Part shown: positions 38,345-51,789 of the stretch, piece after piece | How positions within the stretch are numbered: the stretch's first letter is position 1 | How the letters are laid out: every line of letters starts with the position of its first letter | Source: Octopus sinensis | Lineage: Eukaryota | DNA length: 64,000 nt | Direction of reading: 5' to 3' | Assembly: GCF_006345805.1 (NCBI RefSeq) | Contig: NC_042998.1 | Coordinates: 118,916,001-118,980,000, forward strand | Translations under genes and position numbers: made by a program | The notes under the pieces: generated by a model | The model's database searches: none | The model's input: the letters and a program-made list of their open reading frames with translations, nothing else | What the model was told of the DNA's origin: nothing

Positions 38345-38760
38345 TACGTTGATGACCATGTCGCAAAAACATCTAGAGAAAAGACTGTCCTGGGATAAAT
38401 ATAGAGAATATCCCTGTTATTGAATACGTACACAAATATCAACACAAGGAATGCTGGTGAAACTTTTCCATGAAAGCATCTATTAAGAGTAAGCATAACA
38501 AGCCGAGTATTGTTGTTTTGGACAAACATGGAAAAGTGTCATCATAGAGGTCAGCAGTCCTGCTGACGTGAATATCTCTTTGAAAACCAGAGAGAAAGGC
38601 GATAACTATGGACAACTGCTTCGAAACTCCTAACTACAATGGTAGGAAATTCTCACTCTCGTATCCTTTGGTAGGAAATTCTCACTCTCCTATCCTTCGG
38701 AGAATCGAGAGCATGTTCCAAGTTTAACGAATCTACCAACTTTTGGTTTACTTCGTTATC
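38345..38760 (+). mobile_element. R4-clade RLE endonuclease fragment (second family)
   Basis: SIKSKHNKPSIVVLDKH...IIEVSSPADVNISLKTREK.DNYGQLLRN; homologous to 17118-17400. Confidence 0.75.
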
Positions 38761-40254
38761 ACATGAAACACGTAAGAGTCCGTTTTGCCAACTTTAAATC
38801 AGATGGATGCCGAGCTTGTTGAGTATCGAACACATTCATTTGCATTGAGGAGCAAAAACGTTTAGCTGCTTGTCTTCAGAAGAGACGAATCAGCTGTGTG
38901 ATTCTTGTTGTTTTGCGTCAAACAGATTGAGCGATCATACATGCTGTATCGCAGACTTGTGTTTTGGCACTCAATTGAAAATGATAGGGTGTGATTTTGA
39001 TGGAGATTTGGCTGCTCTTTCTGGTGGATTGAGGAACTCAAAAGGCTCGTCGTTGTTGTTGCTCTTTTCTTCTTTTATCCCAAGTCAGAGCTGATCGGCA
39101 GAACTATGATCAAAAGCTTTACGCCGTCTCTTCTTCTTTCAGACTGGTGCTTCAATGATCTGACATGGCATAAAGTTTCGCTTAAGAATTTGTTCCAGCT
39201 ACAAACAGAATAATGTGTATTATCTGCAGATAGAATCATATATATTGGAAAAAGGATCAATATATCACAGTAGCTCTCTATACGCCTTACTTATTAATGC
39301 CTGTGTACACCAAGATTTGTAGCTACTGCTAGAAGGCGGTGATTATATGTAGCAAATGATTTTATATCCCTCTGAAATTTATGCGTTACTTCTAATTATT
39401 TTATAATACACTGTGTATATTTTAAAGACAATTTTATCTTTGTCATCTGCTTCACTTCACTGCATGTTTAAATATTAATTTATTATTTTTTGTGAGATTA
39501 ACCCATTTACTGTGGGGGTATTTTTATTTTTATAAATATTACATATATTGATGCCGATATTCTAACTGCTCTCATGAGCAGGTGTTTTATACGCTTACAG
39601 AAAATTATAGTGAAAGATAACTTGTTTTTAGTTGCATTGCATTGTTCTCTTCAATCTACATCCAAGTTAATTCCATACATCAAAGATAAATATTTGCACT
39701 TTTAACACATATATCGACATTATTATAAAAGACATTGAATTAATTTCACTAACATCCATTTGCCTAACGATAATTTTATAACATTTTTACTGGCACATAT
39801 TTATATAGCGGCTGTACAGTGTTATGTCACATTAATCTAAAGTAAGGAGCGTTAACAGCTTTTACATAACATATAATGTATTTTATATGGAAGTGGGGCT
39901 CAATTGAAGCAAAGTTTACCAGTAATAATTGATCGTGCTCAAAAGAGAAATGTGCTGTATTTGCAGTGATACAAAACACGCATGCCTCAATAGAAAACTA
40001 ATACGATTAGTGCATCACAGAGCAGCGGATAAGTAAAATCATTAACATATGAAATACAATGCCAAGTTGTATTTAGGGTTCTTTAATGTTTGAGTTCAAA
40101 TCCTAGTGAGGATTGTACACCCACTCGTGAAAATTAGTTTGTATATCTACAAAGAAATTCACTCTTAAAGATTTTGTCATAAACGGTAAAGAATATATTT
40201 GGCTGTGGAGGCCTGGAAATGCCGAAATACGTCTCATGTTCTTGTCACAATAAG

Positions 40255-40848
40255 TGGAAATATATTGGTTTCAAATTTCGGCGCCAGGCCAGGATTTTGC
40301 GGGGATGGGTTTAGTCGAATACATCAACCAAGTGTTCAACTAGTACTTATTTTATCGACTCCGACAGGATAAAAGAGGAAGTTGATCTCGCCGGAATTTG
40401 AATTCAGAACGTAAAGACGGATGAAATGCCGTTAAGCATTTTGTCTGACAATTCTGCCAGCTCGCCGCCTTAAAACAAATATAAGTATTAGCTTCAAATT
40501 TTGGCACAAAGCCAGCGGGTTTGGGGGAGCAGGCTTGGTAGATTCGATCGATCCCAGTGTTTAATTGGCACTCATTTTATCGACTCTCGAAAGGATGCAA
40601 ATCAAAAAGTCAACTCCGTTGGAATTTGAACTAAGAACGTAAAGGCGGACGAAATGTTGCTGTTTATCCCGACTAACGATTCTGCTAGCTCAGTGCCTTG
40701 CAATAAGTGAAAAATTAGCTTCAAATTTTAGCACAAGGCCAGACATTTCGGAGGAGGGGATAAGTCGATTACACCGACCCCAGTGCTAAACTAGTACTCA
40801 TTAATCGACCTAGAAAATTGTGCTAACGATTCTGCCAACTCACCGCCA
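40255..40848 (-). mobile_element. Head-to-tail array of three family-1 SINE copies
   Basis: Three successive units each begin (plus strand) with ttggtttc/ttagcttcaaattt.ggcaca and end in gccagctcgccgcc-like sequence. The third unit is internally deleted. Confidence 0.85.
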
Positions 40849-40920
40849 GCTTCCCCAGAGAATCGAACCATGAACTTCCCAAATAAAGGCTGAGCACTCT
40901 GAACCATTAGGCTAGGAGAC
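40849..40920 (-). pseudogene. tRNA-like relic (possibly Lys-TTT-derived) or isolated SINE head
   Basis: Minus strand has A-box TAGCCTAATGG, B-box GGTTCGATTC and a putative anticodon arm CTCAG-CCTTTAT-TTGGG. The acceptor and T stems pair poorly. Confidence 0.45.
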
Positions 40921-42094
40921 CCCCTGGCACGATAAGCGAAAATATTAACATTACTTTTCATTCATTCAAGGCTGATAACATAAACTGCCAGTCAAATACG
41001 GGATGAATTTAATCAGGAACGCCGTCTCCCAAAATTTGTGGAGTGGTACTAATATTAGAAATCAATAAATTTATTGTGTCATATTCTTCGCATCTTATGC
41101 TACTATATTGTGAAGGGATCGATTTTCTGAACTAAGTAAATATGATTTTCTTTTAGTATTTTTTTTAGTTCAACAGATCGATATTTAATAAACGTTGAGT
41201 GATATCGATAATCACTATCTTCATAATACAGTTCAAATATTTTAAACTACAATATACTTCAGCTATCATCTAATAGATAAAAGCCCCATCGGTACGCTTG
41301 GATTGAGCTATAAAATTTACCGTGACGTCTTTGCATGTATTGGTAGCGCCCATCATCGACTTTTCCTACGACCCCGATTTACCATCAGAACTGACGTACC
41401 CTCTCTACAGTTTCTCACTGATAGAGAGAGTTCATATTCGGTTTATATCCGGCTCCTAGTGTGGACACATTTTGAAGCTGACTAGTCTAGATCACCTGCT
41501 TAATTCCAATGCAAGTGTGGAGGCATGCTTTAGCTAAAGCTAGGGGTTACCTTACTTTCAGTGATCTTCCAGCACGACGGACACGAATCTGCGCGCTAGA
41601 TAGTCAAGGGACCAAAACTAGGGTTACTCTTCCTTTTTTTCTTTATCAATGAGATCTCCAACCCTCAGCTCTGAGAATGTGCATACTCATTCATTAATTT
41701 TTCTTGCATACTGTTGGCGTCTTAAATCGATGCAATAGTACTTCAGTACAGTCACGGAAAACTCACCCCTTTGAAATAATAATTTCCTAAAATATAATCA
41801 AAATAGACGCCAGTACATGACTGGTACCAGTTAAATATACGTTTCACAGGTAAACTGAAAAACCTGTGGTGGACAGTTTTGTTTAGAGTAAAGAGTGACA
41901 GAAATGCTTAAATTAAATCTCTCAACCAGAATAATAGAGATAGTGTAACAACAAAAATGGTGAAAATCATGAACATAAAGAAATTTTCAGAGGATTGTTT
42001 TAGATTCTATTGTTGTCTGAGTAAAATATTAAGATTGAATTTGTATTTTATACTTGATAAAATAAGTGTAAGCAAAGTGTCATTATTATGAATC

Positions 42095-42690
42095 GGCGGC
42101 GAGCTGGCAGAAACGTTAGCACGCCGGTCGAAATGCTTTGTGGTATTTCGTCCGCCACTGCGTCCTAAGTTCAAATTTCGCCGAGGTCGACTTTGCCTTT
42201 CATCCTTTCGGGGTCGATAAATTAAGCACCAATTACGCACTGGGGTCGATGTAATCGACTTAATCCGTTTGTCTGTTCTTGTTTGTCCCTTCTGTGTTTA
42301 GCCCCTTGTGGGTATTAAAGAAATAGAAATATGTATTTCGTCTGCCGATACGTTCTGAGTTCAAATTCCGCCGAGGTCGGCTTTGCCTTTCATCCTTTCG
42401 GGGTCGATTTAATAAGTACCAGTTACGCACTGGGGTCGATATAATCGACGTAATCCGTTTGTCTGTCCTTGTTTGTCATCTCTGTGTTTGGCCCCTTGTG
42501 GTTAGTAAAGAAATAGATATTTCGTCTGTCTGTACGTACTGAGTTTAAATTCCGCCGAGGTCAGCTTTGCCTTTTATCCTTTCGGGGTCAGTAAATTAAT
42601 TACCAGTGAAACGCTGGAGTCGATGTAATTGACTATTACCCTCCGACAAAATTTCAGGCCTTGTGTCTATAGCAGAAAGGATTATGAGTC
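42095..42690 (+). mobile_element. Family-1 SINE followed by two 5'-clipped tandem copies
   Basis: Full unit 42095-42327; units 2 and 3 both start at tatttcgtc and repeat the body. Confidence 0.9.
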
Positions 42691-43564
42691 GATAATGTTG
42701 TCTGTATCCTTCCTTCAAATCGTATGCCTTGTGTCAATAGTGGAACTCATTATTGTCAGGCAGGTAATGACAATACATCATAAAAATTTCTCAAATACAC
42801 CTTTTCCATAAAACACAGCAGTTCTTGTTAATATTACATAATATTACATATTTAATGAAATAAAATATTTAGATTTTCTCAGTTTCTTCTTCGAGAATAT
42901 TGTATATCACATACTTAGTTATTATCTCACTACAAATTCGACAAGTACAATAGAATACAAGCTGTGGTGAGGAGGTCTACGAAGATGAATGCATGTCCAG
43001 ACCTGTTTTGTGTATTTGCTGTGATTATTCAAATTATCTTTAATCAGTACTTTTAATGTACATCATATGATCAAATATATTCACCTTAACTTAGCATTGT
43101 ATTGACAGATTAATACGCCTAATGTAAATATATTCAGCTCTGTTAGCAAGTCTATAGATTAAAGATCTGAGCAAGCATTCGTCCAAATATACAAACTGTA
43201 TGAAACTTCGCTAAACCTTCCATAAAGATTAAATATTTAAACCATAGTGAGAGTAAAATCGGTCTTGTTATCAAGTACTAAGATATTACACTTATCTTTG
43301 TCTGTGTTATATCAAATGTATTGTATTCATTCTAAGAACACATGCGCATTCAGCAAAACTACAGGAAGATGAGGACATTTTTAACAGCCATGACTATGAT
43401 GGCTTCCTGGTGAAGGTGATGGTTGTCTAAAGCCAGACTCTCCGAGGGCGTAACGCAAAACTATTTCATTACGAAGCGAACTCTTTAACCACTCTATTAT
43501 ACATGCAAGGACAACTGAATTTCCTAGAAGGTATACCTTATCGTTTTAAGAATGAATATATTCT

Positions 43565-43770
43565 TTTCTACTCTAAGCACAAGGCCAAAAATTTTGGGGG
43601 AGGAGGCTAGTCGATTAGATCGACCTCAGTATGCAACTGGTTCATTTATCGACCCGAAAGGATGAAAAGCAAAGTAAACCTCGGCGGAATTTGAAATCAG
43701 AAGGTAAAGACAGGCGAAATAACGCTAAGCATTTCGTCCGGCGTACTAACGTTTCTGCCAGCTCGCCGCA
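43565..43770 (-). mobile_element. tRNA-derived SINE (family 1)
   Basis: Reverse complement of the consensus, ending gtttctgccagctcgccg. Confidence 0.88.
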
Positions 43771-44399
43771 TCTACACTAAATGTATTGTGTTATCTATTA
43801 AGAGATGCACATTTCTCCACAAAACAGGAGACGTTAAAAGTTAGAATCTCTAGATTCTACATAATTACGAATCAAATAGAGTTACTGACAAAATTTTCAA
43901 TACATATTCTAAAGTGAAGTGTTTGCAATCGTAAATCGAACTCGTTTCACGTCACCGTTTACATGATGTCACTCAACTTACATTTTTTAAAATAAATATA
44001 TGTATATAAATTTTTGTTAGACGGTGTGACGAAATTAGTTCTTTATATGTTCAAGTAAGTTTTGTGGTTATTGTTTTTATTGTTCTTCCTTCAGAAATAA
44101 TTATGGTATAGTCATTTTAGGAAACTGATGTAGAAAAATGTGCCAAAAAGTATTTGACAGAGTTTAATATAAATGGTGAGAAGCAATTATTAATTTCTCA
44201 ATAATACTTAGCTGACTATATTCTATATACATAAAATCAGCAAAACTAAAAACTAAAAGCTAAAAATTATTCTATTTCAATACATTCATATTTTTTTTCA
44301 TTTTTACATTCTATTTTATGTTTTTTTTCTCATTTTCTCCTTCGCCATCCATTCTATCGTCATTGCTTCCCGGTTTTTTTTCACAAACGTATTTTCATA

Positions 44400-45190
<791 letters not shown>

Positions 45191-46223
45191 TGCGCACCTC
45201 TCACACTCTCTATTATGCACGTTCATTTTCGTCCCACTCTCTAAATCTCAGTTCTCTCGATGTATAATTCTAGAATTATGTCTCGAGCACTCTATTTTTG
45301 GCTTTCTGCCTCTCTATATTGCTGTCTCTCTTCGTCTTTCTCTTGTTCTTTCCTGTTAACTTCTGATGCTACGCATACATTTATCTATTTTTATACTTAT
45401 ATATTTATATATCGAGTTGATGCTCCAGTGTGTATATTTTCATGTTGTTTTGTTATATTTGTTCTTGTGATTGTTTTTGTTATCCTTCGCCACCTTCTTA
45501 CATCCATCTTTCTCCTTCATCTTCCATTCTATCGTCAGTTTACACTTACAATTATTTCGACAAGAATTCTCTGAAGCCGACACCACGACCACGTAGTTAG
45601 AGTGGCAAGTGCTCTCTAATGTTAGAAATCAAATTAAATGAAATAAGATTGGAAAGTCATTGAGATTGATTGCTGTATATTAATGCCATTTATATTCCCA
45701 AAATGATAATCTTCAGCAATACAATTAATATTCGGGCAAAGCAGAGATGGAATCAAGAATTTCAAAACTACATTCCTATGGTAATTGTACTTTAGAAGTA
45801 AACGAAAAGAAAATAAATAACAACAGCTGAAAGTATAAAGAGGCCTGGAAATGGAAGAGAGTAAATTGAAAATATAAAAGGAGAAATACGATAGAAATAT
45901 GTGGAGAAAATAAAAATAAATGAATAACGATTATATACAAATGTAAAAGAACAGAGCAGAGTGTGAAAGAGAAAAATATCATGAGTATATTATGTGTATA
46001 GTAGAATGTATGCATATGTATATAAGTGTTTTGAACTGTGTGAATATAAAGCTGTATATGTTATACGTATATGTGTGTGTGTATGTGTGTGTGTGTGTGT
46101 ATACATACATATATATATATACACATATACATGTAGATGTGTGTCTCTCTCTATATATATACAGTGTGTGTGTGTGTGTGTGTGTATGTGTGTGTGTATA
46201 CATACATACATATATACATGCAG

Positions 46224-46274
<51 letters not shown>

Positions 46275-46479
46275 CAAACGAAATTGAGCTAAAGCTATGC
46301 ACAGCCACACACTAGGCCACTACAACTAATAGGCCCACTATGACCACCTTTGCTGCCAAACGAATCAACATGCCAGTTCTCTCATTGTATATCAGAAGCC
46401 TGTTGTAGCTAGACAATTCAGACAAAATTTCAGACCTGAGTGTTCTTTCTCTTGGGTATTAAATTACTGAAAGCATTTC

Positions 46480-47870
46480 TCTGCAGATGTAAATCATACA
46501 CAGTTACACATATCTAAGTCTGTTGTTTCGTGCCGACAGAAAATAAGTCACGGTTGAGTTTCTATGTACGTCTGGGAAGAAGTCACACAACAATCCATGT
46601 TGTCACATTGAAATTCGTTCAGTGTATCGTTCATATGAAGCCTCAAAATACGATGGTAAATTTGAGGAAAGACTTATCAATAAAAGAAGTACTAACGAAT
46701 CTCGGTCAACACAGTCACGTACATATGTTGTGCGATTTCATCTTCCCCAGATTGACTGGCTCGAAGGTAACATAATCTCGGAAATTTCATATAAAGAACA
46801 GCGTCAAACAGAATCTCTATTGGTCTCACTTAAATGATGTTCAAACAACAAATAATACGCTTCCGAACCAGGAACAACATTTTAGATCACTGCTTCACCA
46901 ATAACTTCCAAATTATCTAGAACGTGAAGATGTCGCTTACGATTCCCTCATACCACAGCATAACTGAACTAACAATGTATGAACCAAACCTAAATAAAGA
47001 TGTGTACGCACAGAAGGCATCTAAACCCAAGCCAGCCTGAACATCTATGAGGTTGATTAGAGATCGGTTAAGAAAAAAAATACTAACATAAAATTGGTCC
47101 AGTAGTTTCTCTGTGCAAAACAATGACGTGAAATTCATAGAATTTATATTAATAATTCAAGACATATACATTAAATTCATCCCAGTGAGAAGAGACAATA
47201 TACACCAAAACATTATTCTTCGAAATAGGAGAGTCCATGTGAGACGAAGAATAAAGATTTCAAGGCTTTCTGTAACCAAGTTAATGAAGAAAATAACATA
47301 TAGTTCAATGCTAAAAAAAAATTCGAGTGCTCAGCTGTCGAACTACAAACAGATCCCCATCAGAATATACAGGACTCACAATCGGTACATTATTCGGCAA
47401 TCCACATGAGTAATGATATATCATTTCGGGTGTAAGTTATTAAAATAGCAAGAATGGATAGGCGACTGACCGATTGGATTCTGAAATCATTCAGAACAAG
47501 GAAATAAAGTAATCATGATTACTTTATGGAGAAGAATCTTAGTCAACTGGAATACTGCTTCCACATACGGTGACCACATAACGTCGAACTACTGATAGAG
47601 CTCGGGAGTCTAGCACTTAACCTTAGTATTGAAAGCTATACCACTGCATAGATCCCAAGCATTTCACCTAGTGTAAGGACTCAATAGCTTAGCAGCTTCA
47701 GTTTCCAGAGCACGTAAAAGAAATCTTAGAAATCTAGAAAGCGTAGATGGTAGTGTATTCTGAGAGCATTTAAGCAATTTTTTCTGAGATACTGCATTGA
47801 CCTACACCACGGCAAGAAACGCTAATAAGGGTAGATTTGGCCAACACATTGCTTCACCAGAATCAAGTCC
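46480..47870 (+). mobile_element. CR1/L2-group LINE relic: APE endonuclease joined by internal deletion to the RT C-terminus
   Basis: EVLTNLGQHSHVHMLCDF.FP.IDW (GDFN relic), QQII...TRNNILDHCFTNN, YHSITEL (SDH relic); then RLTDWILKSFRTR...LSQLEYC and RNLESVDGSVF...PTPRQET. The central RT domain is absent. Confidence 0.75.
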
Positions 47871-47975
47871 GGAGGGAGAGCTGGGGAAATGAGTTGAAAT
47901 AAATTATTAACCTAATAATCACTTTAATGGTACTGGCCCATACAGTTACTGATAAGTAAAAGTAACTATCTATCC

Positions 47976-48028
<53 letters not shown>

Positions 48029-48029
48029 C

Positions 48030-48069
<40 letters not shown>

Positions 48070-48332
48070 ACATACATACATACATACATACATACATACA
48101 TACATACATACATACATACATACACACAATACATGCAATACATACATAGAAAATCAGTATAAATAAACTTATATACATAAATGACAGGTCACTAGTGAGA
48201 TCTTTTATGAGTGCTACTGGTAATATGGAATCCAGTACGGCCTGTTGCATGTGCAGGTCATAGACAACTGGACCGGCACCTCCACTAGGTTTGCCTAGTG
48301 AGGAGGACTGCCGGAAGCCCAGCAGCACAAAT

Positions 48333-48394
<62 letters not shown>

Positions 48395-48409
48395 TTTCTG
48401 AAATTACTA

Positions 48410-48625
48410 ATGCGGTGAGCTGGCAGAATCATTAGTACGCCGGTTAAAATACTTAGCGACATTTCATCTGCCTTGACGTTCTGTGTTCAAATTCTACCGA
48501 GGTCGATTTTGCACGTCATCCTTTCGGAGTCGATAAAATAGGCGTCCGTTTCGCATTGTGATCGATGTAATCGACTTACCCCACCTCCCCCAAAATTTCA
48601 GGCCTTGCGCCCATAGTAGAAAGGA
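48410..48625 (+). mobile_element. tRNA-derived SINE (family 1)
   Basis: gcggtgagctggcagaatcattagtacgccgg...gttcaaattc...; follows (AGT)n at 48337-48393. Confidence 0.85.
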
Positions 48626-49615
48626 TTATTTCTGAAATCACTAACATAGTATCTGACAAACAAGAAATCATTCAGTGGGAACACTACCTACCATTCAATA
48701 ACAATACTACAATTCGACAAAGGGAAAGCAAGTCGATGAGGGAATCATTTTCTCTCGCTTGACAGACAAACATTCATGTGGATAAAACAGGTGAGACTTC
48801 TGTCTCAGGAATAAATTAGGATAAAGTTTTTCATAAATGATCGGGCTGTAGGAACTAACAAATTTTTTTCGGTGATGTTTCGGTGACTATTTTGGAGCTC
48901 GGTGCACCAAATACTTTGGAAAGGTTTTCTTCTGTCTGTTGGCTATGACTAAAACACTGTTATGGTTTACGGGTGTTGAAATTTTGAAGACAACTTTTCA
49001 TCTTAGACAAGTTAACCTCAACTTTAATACGATCTAAGGAGGAAGAGAACTGCTGCCATCTATTACCATTTATGAAAGGAAGTGGCAGTGACGAAATCGA
49101 CGTTTCGCTAAAAATGCGACTGGGGGTTAGGGCTAGACGAAAGAAATACATGAAAACATTTTCTTCTTTTCGCTAGTATAATTTCGGATGTGTGTGTATG
49201 GTGGGGTCTGAATCACACTATGAGATTGATCCCCCATTTTGAGCAATGTTTGTGCTCATTTTCTTCTATAATATTGGTGATATTCATTAACTTCTTAATG
49301 GGCTTTATTGTTATAAATTTCACTCTCTTTCTTGATGTGAATCTCCAACTAGGTTTTGTTAGTACATCTACTATTTTTGGTTTGTTTTTCTATGCACTTC
49401 GCCTCTTTAATATCATGAGAATATAGGGCAACTAAAATGTATTTTTGTGGTCTTCATTTTGTGACATGCTCTCAGCTTTCTCGCTGTTTGAAGCTCTGTG
49501 TAACTTGTGTATATGTAGTGTTTTATGTTTTTTGCATAATATCAAGTTTACTCTATACAATGTGTACAGTGTCTTGCAGTGCTGGTTTTTGTGTGTTGTA
49601 TATATATATATATGT

Positions 49616-49649
<34 letters not shown>

Positions 49650-50349
49650 CTGTGATGAGTTTGTGCGCGCACGTGTATGTATGTGAGAGAGAGAGAGAGA
49701 GTTGATTATATACGTGTCTCTATGATTCTAAAGCAATTATTATGGAAATGTTTGTCTTAAAGTCTAATAGCGTAAATATGGTTGCGTGGTTGGCAGTTAA
49801 AGCACGTGGTTTCGAGTTCAGTCCCACAGCATAGCATTTTGGACAAGTCTCTTCTACTATAACACCAGGCCAACAAAAACCTAGTAATTGGATTTGATAG
49901 ACAGAAACAGAAAGAAGCCTGTTGTACGTACACATATATATGTGTGTGTACGTATGGCTCACCAACCGGAGTTGGTTTGTTTACATCCCCGTGATTTAGC
50001 GGTTCGACGAAAGAGGTCCTTAGAATAAGTGCCAGAGTTACAAAAAATAGGTACTTATCTCTATTTGTTCAACTAACCTTTCAGAACGGTACCTCAGCTT
50101 GGCTACAGTCTAATTACTTAAACAAGTAAACGATGAAATATAAAAATAGTGTCTATTTCAAAATTCATTGTCGACTGTAATAATTGATACCTTGATTAGG
50201 AAATATTACAACCCTCGGTGATATTTTACCATAATACATAATGGATTTACTTTAATCTGTATCTGTGAGAGTCAGCATATCTCATAAGATTACTACAACT
50301 ATTTTTATAATATATATTTTTACCGACTCTTTGCATTTTCACGCATATA

Positions 50350-50770
50350 ATTATAATCCGTAACGATGGCATAGTTTCCAGTGCACGAAACTTCCATCTT
50401 CTCCGTTCTTCACAATATCCGCTTATTCTGCAGTTTTGTATTACTGAATTATGGTAGATTCTTGCGGAATCCATTAGTCGTGCACTATCAACAGACCTTA
50501 ACCTCAGGTGTGTTTCCTGAATTTCACAGCCAGCAGAGAATATTTTCTTTATCCAGTTCGAAATTATCGAGGTTTGTCAGATAGCTGCCATGTAGGATTG
50601 TTTGTTTGCCAAAGTCTTAGCATAATATTATGTAGCCTTGTTTCTTTTATTCTATTTTCAGTTTTCTAACTCCAACCTCCTATTATTTGTTTGTCAATTT
50701 GGATTTTGCATCTTATACGTGGGTTTCCTTGAAGACTGTATTTATATTTTTGTAGCTATTGCTTTTAGTT
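50350..50770 (-). mobile_element. R4-type retrotransposon fragment (post-RT to CCHC region), old
   Basis: WQTNN..HGSYLTNLDNFELDKENILCWL...CRISGYCEE resembles the R4 W..K.LHG.Y...DK.....WL...CRLC region. Confidence 0.5.
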
Positions 50771-50835
50771 TCTCAATAGTAATTTTGTAATCTTTCAGTA
50801 TATATTTTATAACAATATTCAATTTTTAGAAGAAA

Positions 50836-50837
<2 letters not shown>

Positions 50838-50907
<70 letters not shown>

Positions 50908-50921
50908 TAGTAATAATAATG

Positions 50922-50983
<62 letters not shown>
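50838..50983. repeat. (TAA)n microsatellite
   Basis: Direct inspection. Confidence 0.98.
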
Positions 50984-50984
<1 letters not shown>

Positions 50985-51789
50985 GGATTCAACTCCACGT
51001 TGAATAACAGATTCTGCTCCACACTAAATAACAACATGGATGTGCTAAACCGGGCTCTCCATACAAAAACGAATCTAATCTAATAATATCGGTGAAATGG
51101 GAAAAAGGAACCTGTGGAAGACTTGAAGAAAGCGGTCTTTTAACGAAAATAATTACATAAAACGAAATTTTATGCCATACAAAGCAGAGTTTCTCCCATG
51201 CGCGACGTCTCAGTGAAACTTGTGCAAAAGGCACTTGCGAAATCAACATCGGAAAATTTACAAACTATAAAATATAAGTGGAACAAAACAGTAAGTAGGT
51301 AAATTGATTAATTATGCATACACTCAAATGTCTATACAACCATATATACATTTTAATACCCATAAGACTATCCACACACCCCAATGTTTACACAACTACG
51401 TGAAATTTACAGGACACACATACACGCATATGAAAGCATGTGTCGCAAATGAAACAAAACAAAACAAAACAATTTTCTTCGAACTAAGACAGAGTGAATG
51501 ATTCATATGTTTAAAAACATCACAAAGAAAGTATGCTCGGAGATGAATCTGTCTCTCAAGAAAAAAATACAGACGGATACAGATCTGCTAGCCTTGAGAA
51601 GCTCCGTTACGAGCAATGTTTTCATTCAGAGAACTCGGAGGTGGTGTTGTCTCAAAAAGTTAAAGCTAAACAACAGATCCGTACCCTAATGTCAACGTCC
51701 AAGCTCATCATGCATCAATAATATCAAAGCAAAATACACACGGAATCGGCCGTCACCCGGGTCATCAAATGCACCCAGTGCACCCCACT

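Noticed and set aside
38700-38960. Tyrosine-recombinase-like words (VPKHKS..H, H..Y) on the minus strand
   Set aside because: The putative catalytic end overlaps sequence better explained as plus-strand RLE endonuclease, and the motif match is not compelling.
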